A program made the position numbers and the translations under genes. This document shows positions 38,625-48,071 of a stretch of DNA of 64,000 nt, piece by piece (the stretch's first letter is position 1; every line of letters starts with the position of its first letter). Below the pieces are notes generated by a model that searched no databases, had not been told where the DNA came from, and worked only from the letters and a program-made list of their open reading frames with translations. Source of the stretch: an uncultured Pseudomonadales bacterium (GTDB taxonomy: Bacteria > Patescibacteriota > Microgenomatia > UBA1400 > UBA1396); NCBI GenBank assembly GCA_964603945.1, contig CAZRWP010000001.1:59623-123622 (forward strand), in the 5' to 3' direction.

Positions 38625-41600
38625 ATGGCTGATGAATGGCAATCCTATCTTGAACAGCTGAAGTTTGATCGCGCCTGGCTGAAAGGTTGGGTGGCTAGCT
38701 ATTTGACCAATGTTCGTCTGATGATCATGTTTATTTTGGCTGTGACCGCGGTTGGGGTTTGGGCATACCTAACCATGCCTCGCTCTCTCAATCCGGAAGT
38801 TGAACTGCCAATCGTAACGGTTGGAACCGCTTTTCCTGGTGCCTCGCCAGACAGTGTTGAAACTTTAGTGACCATACCAATTGAAAACGGCGTAAAAAAA
38901 GTTAAAGGACTTTCCACATATTCTTCAACTTCTCAGGAAGGATTTTCGCTTGTTTTTCTGGAATTTACTTCTGAAGTAAGTCCGCAGACAGCCCGCGACG
39001 AGGTTCGTGCTGTAGTTGACCAAATTACTCTGCCAGATGACGCCATGGATCCGCAAATTCAAGAGCTGGATTTTGAAGATATTCCAGTTTGGACCTTCGC
39101 TTTAATTAAGAAAAGTAATAGTGATACCGCAAGTTTGATGCGATTATCGGAGACAATCCAAGCTGAGCTTGAGAGTATGGCCATGGTTGATCGAGTTGAG
39201 CTAAGTGGATTTGATCGTCAGGAAATTCAAGTCTTGATCGACCCGACCACCATAAAAGAGCGCCAACTTGACCCTATGTCTTTAGCGGGAAGTTTGCGTA
39301 CTTCACTCCTATCATTTCCCGGCGGCTTAGTCTATACCGATAGAAATCAACTATCACTTGGCATGAATGCTTCTGCAGACAACTTAACCGACCTGCGAGA
39401 ACTGCCGTTAGCCATTAATGGCCAGACCTATCGCCTGGGTCAAATTGCTACCGTGATGGAAAGGTCCGTCCCTGGCCAACAACCGACTTTAATTGCCACT
39501 CCGAATTCTCCGCCCCAAAATGCTGTCCAGTTTTCTGCCTACCGAACTAAAACTACGCAGTTTGATGAAGCCGCAAAAGCTATGGAAGCCAAAGTAAATG
39601 AGCTTGTTGAACCATATCAGGACGGCTACGAAGTGGTTACGATCGCCAATTACAACAATGACATTGATATTCAGTTTGGCGACTTAGTTGATAATTTTTG
39701 GCAAACTCTGGCCTTGGTCGCTGGCACGATGTTCCTAATTTACGGACTGCGTCAGGCCACGGTCGCTTCACTAGCGATCCCCTTTCCTCTGCTAATTACG
39801 TTTGCCGTGATGGTGGTTATGGGCATATCGCTCAACTTCCTGTCAATTTTTTCTCTTCTAATTGCCCTAGGTTTATTTGTTGATAATGCCGTGGTTATTA
39901 TTGAAGGCTTTTCATCTTATTATCGTTCTGGCAAGTTCACGCCGCTCCAAACAGCTATACTTGTCTGGCGAGATTTTTCCATTCCCCTGATTTCGATCAA
40001 CTTAGTTACAGTCTGGGCATTTTTACCGCTGTTACTGTCCCAAGGCATTATTGGTGAATTCATCCGGCCACTGCCAATCATTGTGTCGGCGTCTATGTTT
40101 GCCTCAGTATTAATTGCCTTACTTTTCACTCTGCCTTCGATGATGCTATTAGCCAATCCCGCTTTGCCCAAACGGGTCAAGTATTTAATCAACGTTTTAT
40201 TTGGTCTAGTAATTTTGGCGGCTGGCTGGCTAGTAATCCCCAGCTCGCCATTAAAAATTCCAACCTTTTTCGTATTTATTTTGTTGTTGGCAGTCTTGCT
40301 TGGCTACCGCGGCCACTTATCTAATCTTTGGCAAAATACTAAAAATAGGTTTGCCTGGTCAGGAAAAATTGAGAGCTTTTTCCGGCGAATTCTAGATCAG
40401 GGATTGATCGATCTCAGACCAATATCTGCCTGGTATAGACGACAGATTATTAAACTGATGGCCACGCGCAGTGCCCGCCTAAAAACGCTGGCGTTTGTGT
40501 TGATATTTACATTGGCTACCTATTTATTACTGCCACTTGGATTTATTCGCAATGAATTTTTCCCTAACATGGACATGGATCAGCTATTTGTCTATGTTGA
40601 GCTTCCCCTGGGAACACGGGCTGATTTAACCTCAGCAGAAATGCAGTCTCTATTAGATGATGTTAGACAAACTCCAGGCACACGTCTGGCGGTGGGACAA
40701 GTGGGTCAAGGCGGCGGTGGCAATGTTCTAACTAACGCTGGCGGCGGACCAAACACTATTACCATTACTTTATTGCTTGAGCCAGCCGAGCAGCGAGAAC
40801 TCAGCTCTATGGAAATCGCTCAGCAGTTGCGCGATAAATATATTGACTATACTAATGGTAATTTACAGATTCAGGAGCTATCCGCTGGACCGCCTGCCGG
40901 CGCCGATGTCCAACTGACCATTCTCGGCGAAGACCTTAACATCATTGAAGGTTATGTCACCCAGCTGGAGGAGTATTTAAATCAGCAAGAAGGTGTGACC
41001 AACGTTAATAAGTCAGTAAAACCAGGGGCAAGTAAACTGACCTTTGAACCGGATCTGGACCAACTCCAGTCGCGCAATCTTAGCGAATCGCAGGTCGGCT
41101 ACTGGCTAAGACTTTTGGGCAGTGGAACAAATCTAGCCACGGCTCGGTTTGGCAATGACGAACAAGATATTACTCTACGCTTTTCACCTGAAATTGCCCA
41201 AGCTGGCGACATTAACCAGTTGGAAATTCCCGGACCACAAGGCTACACACCTTTAGCCCTACTCGGCAATCTGAAATTGGAACAAAATCCCACCGTAATT
41301 GCCCGAGAAAACGGTCAACGGAGTATGTCGGTAACCGCTGAGGTTTTAGACGGTTATTCTGTTTCTCTAATCAACCAGGAACTGCAAAACTACGCCGATT
41401 CACAGCTGGATTTCCCGCAGGGTTACAGCTGGAAAACCGGAGGCGTTAATGAGGAAAACGCGGAGTCTGTTGAGTCGACTCTTCAAGCCATGGCCATTTC
41501 TGCGATCTTAATTTTGATTTCGATGGTGGTTCAACTAAAATCTTTCCGTAAAGCTATTCTGGTTATGCTTGTAATTCCGCTGGCTATTTCCGGTGTTTTC

Positions 41601-41978
41601 TTCTGGTTTGCCGTAACTAACACGCCGCTCTCCTATCCAGCCTTAATTGGCCTTTTATCACTCTTTGGCATTGTGGTGGCCAACTCAATTGTTTTGGTTG
41701 ACAAAATTAATCAAAACTTGGAGGCCGGCTTAATTCAGCGGGACGCCATTGTTGACGCCGCCGCCAGCCGTCTGGAACCGATCGCCTTGACGTCCTTTGC
41801 TTCGATTGTCGGCCTAATCCCTATTACCCTAGCCGATCCACTTTGGCGTGGTTTGGGTGGTTCAATCATTGCAGGTCTATCATTTTCGGGAACTTTGATG
41901 CTCTTTTTCATTCCGGTGGTATATTATTATTTTTTCCCACAAGACCAGGGAAACGTTAAAAGTAAAAAGCGCCGATAA
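38625..41978 (+). CDS. RND transporter permease (AcrB/SwrC-like)
   Basis: PGASP..VE..VT.PIE, GLFVDNAVV, GIVVANSI, RLEPIALT. Confidence 0.92.
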   Translation: MADEWQSYLEQLKFDRAWLKGWVASYLTNVRLMIMFILAVTAVGVWAYLTMPRSLNPEVELPIVTVGTAFPGASPDSVETLVTIPIENGVKKVKGLSTYSSTSQEGFSLVFLEFTSEVSPQTARDEVRAVVDQITLPDDAMDPQIQELDFEDIPVWTFALIKKSNSDTASLMRLSETIQAELESMAMVDRVELSGFDRQEIQVLIDPTTIKERQLDPMSLAGSLRTSLLSFPGGLVYTDRNQLSLGMNASADNLTDLRELPLAINGQTYRLGQIATVMERSVPGQQPTLIATPNSPPQNAVQFSAYRTKTTQFDEAAKAMEAKVNELVEPYQDGYEVVTIANYNNDIDIQFGDLVDNFWQTLALVAGTMFLIYGLRQATVASLAIPFPLLITFAVMVVMGISLNFLSIFSLLIALGLFVDNAVVIIEGFSSYYRSGKFTPLQTAILVWRDFSIPLISINLVTVWAFLPLLLSQGIIGEFIRPLPIIVSASMFASVLIALLFTLPSMMLLANPALPKRVKYLINVLFGLVILAAGWLVIPSSPLKIPTFFVFILLLAVLLGYRGHLSNLWQNTKNRFAWSGKIESFFRRILDQGLIDLRPISAWYRRQIIKLMATRSARLKTLAFVLIFTLATYLLLPLGFIRNEFFPNMDMDQLFVYVELPLGTRADLTSAEMQSLLDDVRQTPGTRLAVGQVGQGGGGNVLTNAGGGPNTITITLLLEPAEQRELSSMEIAQQLRDKYIDYTNGNLQIQELSAGPPAGADVQLTILGEDLNIIEGYVTQLEEYLNQQEGVTNVNKSVKPGASKLTFEPDLDQLQSRNLSESQVGYWLRLLGSGTNLATARFGNDEQDITLRFSPEIAQAGDINQLEIPGPQGYTPLALLGNLKLEQNPTVIARENGQRSMSVTAEVLDGYSVSLINQELQNYADSQLDFPQGYSWKTGGVNEENAESVESTLQAMAISAILILISMVVQLKSFRKAILVMLVIPLAISGVFFWFAVTNTPLSYPALIGLLSLFGIVVANSIVLVDKINQNLEAGLIQRDAIVDAAASRLEPIALTSFASIVGLIPITLADPLWRGLGGSIIAGLSFSGTLMLFFIPVVYYYFFPQDQGNVKSKKRR

Positions 41979-41981
41979 AAT

Positions 41982-42305
41982 CTAATCAGAACCCTGCCAA
42001 ATCTCGGAAATCTGTTCAGCCAAATTAAAATCAAGCTCAGTCAGACCGCCAACCGAGTGGGTCGTCAAACTAACAGTAACCTGACGATAATCATGCAGTA
42101 ACAAATCAGGATGATGGTTTTGGGATTCCGCAATAATGGCAATTTTATTAATAAATTTAATGGCCTCTGAAAAATCTTCTAGCTGAAAATCGCGCCACAA
42201 CTGCATTGCGTCTGTCTGATCAATCTGCCACCCCGGGCTCAATTTTTCCAGCAATTTAAATGCCTGTGTCTCATCAATTGGTACATTAGACTTTTTATTT
42301 GTCAT
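41982..42305 (-). CDS. phhB: pterin-4-alpha-carbinolamine dehydratase
   Basis: AE..NHHPD, TH..GGLT..DF.LA. Confidence 0.92.
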   Translation of the reverse strand: MTNKKSNVPIDETQAFKLLEKLSPGWQIDQTDAMQLWRDFQLEDFSEAIKFINKIAIIAESQNHHPDLLLHDYRQVTVSLTTHSVGGLTELDFNLAEQISEIWQGSD

Positions 42306-42398
42306 AACTGAGTTTTTTTGCTCGTTTCTTAAATAATTCTAGCTGATGGCAGTAAGTTACAAGTAAGAGGAAAAACTGGCAAATATTTTAAACAGTAT

Positions 42399-42668
42399 TT
42401 AGATGCTTTCTCCAGCTATCAGCTCTTGTTTTTGCTGTCTGGATAATTTTTTGATTTCGGCTTCTAAATGCTGTGCCACGGAACGATCAGGTGCCTCCAA
42501 CTGATATTTTAGTTTTACCGGCAGACGCACTTTGGTATATTTTGCTCCGCTACCCTGATTGTGGGCGAGTATTCTCTGCTCTAAATCTTTGGCACAACCG
42601 GTATATAAGGTGCCGTCAGCGCATTCAACTATGTAAACCCACCAATTCTCTGCCTGTGCTGACTTCAT
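42399..42668 (-). CDS. GIY-YIG nuclease (YhbQ/UPF0213)
   Basis: VYIVECADGTLYTG, H..G.GAKYT, E..IKKL. Confidence 0.92.
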   Translation of the reverse strand: MKSAQAENWWVYIVECADGTLYTGCAKDLEQRILAHNQGSGAKYTKVRLPVKLKYQLEAPDRSVAQHLEAEIKKLSRQQKQELIAGESI

Positions 42669-42697
42669 CCTAATAGTGTAAACTTCCCTAGACTGAT

Positions 42698-43201
42698 ATG
42701 ACAAATAATCTCTTCAAGAAAAAACGAGCTAATTGGCCTACCAAAGCGGAAGACTCCATACCTTTGACTGCCGATACGATTGCGGCGCTAAAACGCGAGC
42801 AAGCTGAATTGCTGCGCGAACAAGACGAAGTCATTGAGCGTCTCAAGGTAGCCAGAGAAATGGGTGATCTTTCCGAAAACGGCGCTTATAAGTATGCCAA
42901 GTTTGAATTAGGTCGAGTTCGCCGTCGTCTAGGTGAGGTAAATAAACTTCTCAAGTTAGGCGTGGTTATTCAGAAGCAGAAAAACGGCCAGGCTGGCTTT
43001 GGCAATCAAGTGACTGTCAAGAATGAGCAAGGCGAACGAAGTTTCCTATTGGTTAGCGAGCATGAATCCGACCCCGTTAAAGGAAAGCTCTCCGATAAAA
43101 GTCCGCTTGGGTCGGCAGTTTTTGGTCGATCAATTGGTGAAACTGTTCAGGTCGAACTGCCTGGAGGGCGAACACAGTTTGAAATCACTGCCATTACCTA
43201 G
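42698..43201 (+). CDS. greA: transcription elongation factor GreA
   Basis: AREMGDLSENGAY, S..SPLG.A..G, P.G. Confidence 0.93.
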   Translation: MTNNLFKKKRANWPTKAEDSIPLTADTIAALKREQAELLREQDEVIERLKVAREMGDLSENGAYKYAKFELGRVRRRLGEVNKLLKLGVVIQKQKNGQAGFGNQVTVKNEQGERSFLLVSEHESDPVKGKLSDKSPLGSAVFGRSIGETVQVELPGGRTQFEITAIT

Positions 43202-43247
43202 CTATCATTAAATTGAAACAAATTAGAATATCAATTAGAAAGATGGC

Positions 43248-43541
43248 ATGAATTTGACTTTAGTTAAACTTTTTCAATGGGCTAAGACTTTACACCGCAC
43301 AGCTTTGTTTGGCATGGTTATCTTGAGCCTTTTGATGGGTGCCACCGGCAGTATCATGCGCTTTCCGGTAACCGCAGACCGACTACTTAATCCCAACTTT
43401 CAACTTGTACGCTCATTGCACAGTCAACTCAGCCCATATTTTTCAATATTTTTGATTTTGATGATGGTGTCAGGTCTATATATGTACTTTTTTCCCTGGT
43501 ACACCAAGCGCCAAGCTTCTAAAAAACAAAAAACTAGTTAA
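43248..43541 (+). CDS. small two-TM protein with paired His (PepSY-TM/DUF4405-like)
   Basis: LHR before TM1, LH before TM2, TG and SGLY motifs. Confidence 0.6.
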   Translation: MNLTLVKLFQWAKTLHRTALFGMVILSLLMGATGSIMRFPVTADRLLNPNFQLVRSLHSQLSPYFSIFLILMMVSGLYMYFFPWYTKRQASKKQKTS

Positions 43542-43576
43542 AAATTAGCATTTTCAGAATTTAGGCTGGCAAATAA

Positions 43577-44218
43577 TTAAACATTTTCAGTTAGATTAAA
43601 ACAGCGGATAGTTTTACCACCTGGCCGTTTACCTAAGTAAAATTGAAAGTTGGGATTATCAGCACGTTTAGTTAACTCCTGAGTCAAACTTTTGTACGTA
43701 TATTTGCGCAACCAGCGACCATACCGGCAGAAATCCACTTGGGTATAGTTCCAATTTTCATCAATCTGATTGCATATTATTAGTGGCGCCTCAATCTCAC
43801 AGCTAGTATCCACCACCCAATCTATTAGTTCTTTGGCCGGAGCATGAGCCGGATGCTCAAGCCGGCGCCAGCCATAAAGAAGTTTGGAGTTTGGCCAGAT
43901 ATTTAAGTAAAGCCAGTAGGTGGATTTCATCAGCAGTTGATCCAAGTGCCGACGAACCCAGCGATACACAAAAATAGATGCGCCAATAGTAAATTCCAAA
44001 ATAAATAATAGATCCTGACGAAGTTCTTCTTCTGAATCAATCGCCGGAGGGGACGGAGGAGCTTCTTCTTTTTGTGTTCTTTCTTTATTTTTAATTGGAT
44101 GTTTCTTCAGCCAAGCTTGACAGTAACTATTTAATATCAAGAACGCTCTTACTGGAATGGCAATGAAAACTACAACTATAACTAAAGGCAGTATCATAAT
44201 TACAATTTCTTCTACCAT
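43577..44218 (-). CDS. hypothetical membrane protein
   Basis: N-terminal TM; no recognised family. Confidence 0.55.
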   Translation of the reverse strand: MVEEIVIMILPLVIVVVFIAIPVRAFLILNSYCQAWLKKHPIKNKERTQKEEAPPSPPAIDSEEELRQDLLFILEFTIGASIFVYRWVRRHLDQLLMKSTYWLYLNIWPNSKLLYGWRRLEHPAHAPAKELIDWVVDTSCEIEAPLIICNQIDENWNYTQVDFCRYGRWLRKYTYKSLTQELTKRADNPNFQFYLGKRPGGKTIRCFNLTENV

Positions 44219-44297
44219 TACCCTCAATATACAGTCTGTAGAATTTTTGCCAAGTGATCTGCTTGGCAGATCTGGATTTAATCTCTACCATTAAGCT

Positions 44298-46115
44298 ATG
44301 ACCAAAATACAGCAGATTATTCGCCAGTATTGGCCTTACTTGCTGCTTATTATTTTGGGATTACTAGTTTACGCTAGTTCATTGGGTAATGAATTCGTCT
44401 GGGACGATGAAGAACAGATTGTTCTCAACCAAGCAGTTCACTCCTTAAATAACTGGGGCGAATTCTTTAAAAGTTCCACCTTTAACGCCGGCGGTGGCGC
44501 CAAGGCAGGTGGCCTTTACTACAAACCGCTGATGACCCTCTCCTACGCCTGGCTTTATACCCTGTCCTCCGGTCGCGCCAGCTGGTTCCACGCGTTTCAA
44601 GTAATTTTGCATTTAACAAACAGCTGTTTACTTTTGTCTCTGTTTTATTGGTTAATCAAGAACAAATACTGGCCTTGGCCTGAAAAAGCCAATAATCAGC
44701 TAAAGACTATTCTCCCTTGGTTTTTGGCGGCTGTCTGGTTGCTTCATCCCATAAATGTTGAGTCAGTGGCCTATATTGCTAGTCTGCAGGATGTTCAATC
44801 ATTTACTTGGGGAATGCTGGCTTTGCATTTTAGTCTGCGCGCCCCGATGCGCTGGTGGCGCTACCTGCTGACCGGTCTACTGCTATTGGCCGCCGTTCTT
44901 TCCAAAGAAACCGGCGCACTGTTTATTCCGCTGGTGTGGCTAGGAACAACACTCTGGCCTAATCTTGCCAAATCTTCTACTCCATCTTCCGCCGAATCTC
45001 CTAAAAAAAGTAGCAGTCGCCAGCTACGCCTAGCCAAGGAATCAGAACTTATTTACGGCGGACTACTTTCCTTTGTAGTAGTGCTCTTTTATACCTGGCT
45101 GAGATTTGGCTATGCCCAGCTCGGTTTGCAAAGCCATGGGCTGTCGCCGATTACCAGAATTTCCTTATTGGAACGACTGATGAGTGTGCCTAAAATAATT
45201 TGGTTTTATCTAAGAACCTTTATTTGGCCTGACCAACTAACAATTGCTCAGCACTGGCACGTTGAATCTTTGAGTTTGACTGAATTTTGGTTACCTCTAA
45301 TCACTGTCTTACTTTTAGCTGTTATTTTTGCCTGGCTTACCTACCAGCAAATCAGTAAAAAAAATTGGGTTTGGCTATTTTTTATCGTTTGGTTTGGCTT
45401 AGGAATGGGGCTTCACTTACAGATATTTCCCCTAGACATGACAGTGGCCGATCGCTGGTTTTACTTTCCCATGGCTGGCTTACTAGGCATGCTTGGTGTT
45501 TGGCTAACTCCCTGGATCAGCACACAGCTAACCACTTGGAAAAATTATGCTCTGGTCATAGGCGCGATAGTCGTTTTAGCTTTACTAGGCGCCCGTAGCT
45601 GGATGAGAATTCAGAACTGGCAAGACAGTCTGTCTTTATACAGCCAAGATATCCAAGCAAATCCAGATGCCTTTGACTTGAGTAATAACTACGGCGTTGC
45701 CCTTTTCCGCGCTGGTGATGATCAAGCCGCACTAAATGCCTTTAAGCATTCGGTTGAGGTGGCGCCACACTGGTGGACTAACTGGAATAATTACGGCGTC
45801 TTGCTGGAACAGCAAGGCGCTACCGAATCCGCTCAGCAAGCCTATGCCAAGGCCGTGGAAAATGGGGAGTACTATCTGGCTTATGAGAATCTAGCAAAAA
45901 TTCTGCTCCAATCATCACCTGAATCGGCTCGCGAATTCACTGAATCTGCCTTGGAGAAATTGCCTTACAACTATACTTTATGGTTTGTCTACTTGTCGTC
46001 TTTAAATGAACTTGGCGAAACTGAGTTAGCATTGCCTTATGCCAAAACTCTAGCTGAACAAACTAGGGTTAAGGAATTTATTGAGCTTTATCAGTCAATG
46101 TTAGAAACGCCTTAA
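44298..46115 (+). CDS. TMTC-like protein O-mannosyltransferase with C-terminal TPRs
   Basis: FVWDD, YYKPL, LHP..VESVA.I, LSKETG, ADRW.Y.P, W.D...L, NNYG TPR repeats. Confidence 0.8.
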   Translation: MTKIQQIIRQYWPYLLLIILGLLVYASSLGNEFVWDDEEQIVLNQAVHSLNNWGEFFKSSTFNAGGGAKAGGLYYKPLMTLSYAWLYTLSSGRASWFHAFQVILHLTNSCLLLSLFYWLIKNKYWPWPEKANNQLKTILPWFLAAVWLLHPINVESVAYIASLQDVQSFTWGMLALHFSLRAPMRWWRYLLTGLLLLAAVLSKETGALFIPLVWLGTTLWPNLAKSSTPSSAESPKKSSSRQLRLAKESELIYGGLLSFVVVLFYTWLRFGYAQLGLQSHGLSPITRISLLERLMSVPKIIWFYLRTFIWPDQLTIAQHWHVESLSLTEFWLPLITVLLLAVIFAWLTYQQISKKNWVWLFFIVWFGLGMGLHLQIFPLDMTVADRWFYFPMAGLLGMLGVWLTPWISTQLTTWKNYALVIGAIVVLALLGARSWMRIQNWQDSLSLYSQDIQANPDAFDLSNNYGVALFRAGDDQAALNAFKHSVEVAPHWWTNWNNYGVLLEQQGATESAQQAYAKAVENGEYYLAYENLAKILLQSSPESAREFTESALEKLPYNYTLWFVYLSSLNELGETELALPYAKTLAEQTRVKEFIELYQSMLETP

Positions 46116-47077
46116 CCAGCCAGACTGGTCATCAGCATTATCTCCACTACGACAAATCCTAGATATAGACATAGCAAAACGGCGCACTCTTTGCGTGAAA
46201 GATGATTGCGTGAACGAGCAAAAAAGTAAAATAAGATCAGGCCAATCGCTAAAAAGCTAAAGCGCTGGAGAAAGTGATTGGGCAATTGAATCGTTTCTCC
46301 GTACATCAGGGTGAAAATTCCAAATAAAAGTGAGTTCACACTGGCTGAGCCTAGGTAGTCCGCCAAAGCGATATCCTTTTTCTTACTTAAAACTGAGCGA
46401 ATAGCAATTGATATTTCAGGAATATTTGTACCAATCGCGACCACAATTAAACTGACAAAAAATGGTGAAATACTCAATATATCCGCAAAATAAATTGTAG
46501 AATTCACAATTTGATAACTAGCACCAATTAACAACAGCATGCCAACCAGAATCTTGAGTATCAACCCAGCTCCGCGTTTTTTCTTGCGGTTCATGATGTT
46601 TTTTGCCTTATCCAAATATGACTGCTTCATTGAAAAGGACAGCACCAAACCCAGATATAAAACTATTAAAAACATGCCTTCCCATTTTCCTAACTTCTGG
46701 TCTGCTGTCAAAAAGGCTGGTGCTACAACCACGATTAGTGTTGAAATTAGTTGTCTTTTATTAAGCTGAGAAGGAATCTTGATACCGTTACCCAAAACAC
46801 CCAGCAAAGGAATAACACCTAAAAACATCACAATAATGCCACCTAACAAATTGCCAGCCACAATCTGAGGATCGTCATTGGCAATTGACGCAATTCCGAT
46901 CGTCAGCTCCGGTAATGAAGTTAATAAACCCAAAAAGATGAACGAAATGATAAATCTGGGCAAGCGCCATGAATTAGATAATCCGGCGATGGTTGATACC
47001 ACCAAATCTGAGCCCAACCAAACCAACAAAAAACAGACCAAATAAATTATCAACTGGAGAATTAAGTTATCCATCAT
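46112..47077 (-). CDS. sodium/calcium antiporter (CaCA, YrbG-like)
   Basis: Two alpha repeats: LTSLPEL and GTNIPEI. Confidence 0.9.
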   Translation of the reverse strand: MMDNLILQLIIYLVCFLLVWLGSDLVVSTIAGLSNSWRLPRFIISFIFLGLLTSLPELTIGIASIANDDPQIVAGNLLGGIIVMFLGVIPLLGVLGNGIKIPSQLNKRQLISTLIVVVAPAFLTADQKLGKWEGMFLIVLYLGLVLSFSMKQSYLDKAKNIMNRKKKRGAGLILKILVGMLLLIGASYQIVNSTIYFADILSISPFFVSLIVVAIGTNIPEISIAIRSVLSKKKDIALADYLGSASVNSLLFGIFTLMYGETIQLPNHFLQRFSFLAIGLILFYFFARSRNHLSRKECAVLLCLYLGFVVVEIMLMTSLAG

Positions 47078-47229
47078 GGCAGGTCGCTTTCAACCCTTAG
47101 TAAAGCATATCCAAGGCCATAATGAAAAGGTCAAGGTTATAACTGTATCTTAAGAAATTGTTTATAGCTAAAAACCAGCCAGCTGTATTAGCGGTAATCT
47201 TTAACTCCGACTAGAGTCCAGAGTTTGAC

Positions 47230-47952
47230 CTAGCAACCTAAGCTGGCACGGCATTGCTGTTGAGCTGAACCGGCGGGCAGTTGATCACAAATTCCACATT
47301 GATCCTCATCACCTTGAACCGGAGCTTGGTCTGTTGTAGGCATGAATTGCTCGCTCATATCCATGAATTGCACGTCAGCGGGTGGAGCAAAACTGTCGTC
47401 ATTGGGAATCCAGGGCCGGCAATTGAAATCAAACTCGGCTGAATCGTCGAAATTAAATTCATCTGAACTGGTATCTTCGGCTGAATCTTCGACTGTTTCC
47501 TCATCCTCGGCCAGGTCATCAACCAGCAAATCGTCGTCGTCGATGGTCATCTTTACACCTTGAGTCTGTCCATCTGTCCACATGTATTGAACATCACCAT
47601 CTCTAATAACATGAGTGACCATAACCCCCTCATTTGGCATGGTTGAGGAAAAGTTACCGCGGAAACGCGTCTCGCCACTGACAAATACCTCACCCTCAAT
47701 TAGTCCGCCATCTGGATCTGTTGATTGATAATCACACTGCGTGCTCGATCCGGCCATCATTAATTGGCGCAAACTACTGCGTTTGGTTTGTTCACCACTG
47801 ACTGAGTCAGCAGTCTCCTGAGAATTGTCCGCCGACTGTGAGTTGGTATTGACTGCTTCATCCGCCACCGAGCGATTCGACTGCCAATACCAGGCGCCAA
47901 CGGCACCGGCTAACAAAATAATGATTAGAGCAATCAGGAGATTTTTGTTCAT
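47230..47952 (-). CDS. membrane-anchored acidic hypothetical protein
   Basis: N-terminal TM, Y.W, C.PW....F.PP..V.F, C-terminal Cys cluster. Confidence 0.75.
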   Translation of the reverse strand: MNKNLLIALIIILLAGAVGAWYWQSNRSVADEAVNTNSQSADNSQETADSVSGEQTKRSSLRQLMMAGSSTQCDYQSTDPDGGLIEGEVFVSGETRFRGNFSSTMPNEGVMVTHVIRDGDVQYMWTDGQTQGVKMTIDDDDLLVDDLAEDEETVEDSAEDTSSDEFNFDDSAEFDFNCRPWIPNDDSFAPPADVQFMDMSEQFMPTTDQAPVQGDEDQCGICDQLPAGSAQQQCRASLGC

Positions 47953-48071
47953 ATATCAGAATTATAGGCGGGCTTATCAGCCGGCGCAAGATAGCAAATC
48001 GATCAAACCCTCTCTTAAATAATGGCTATTGTATCTAAGCCGATAATTATTTAGGCTCAGGGGGTACGATT

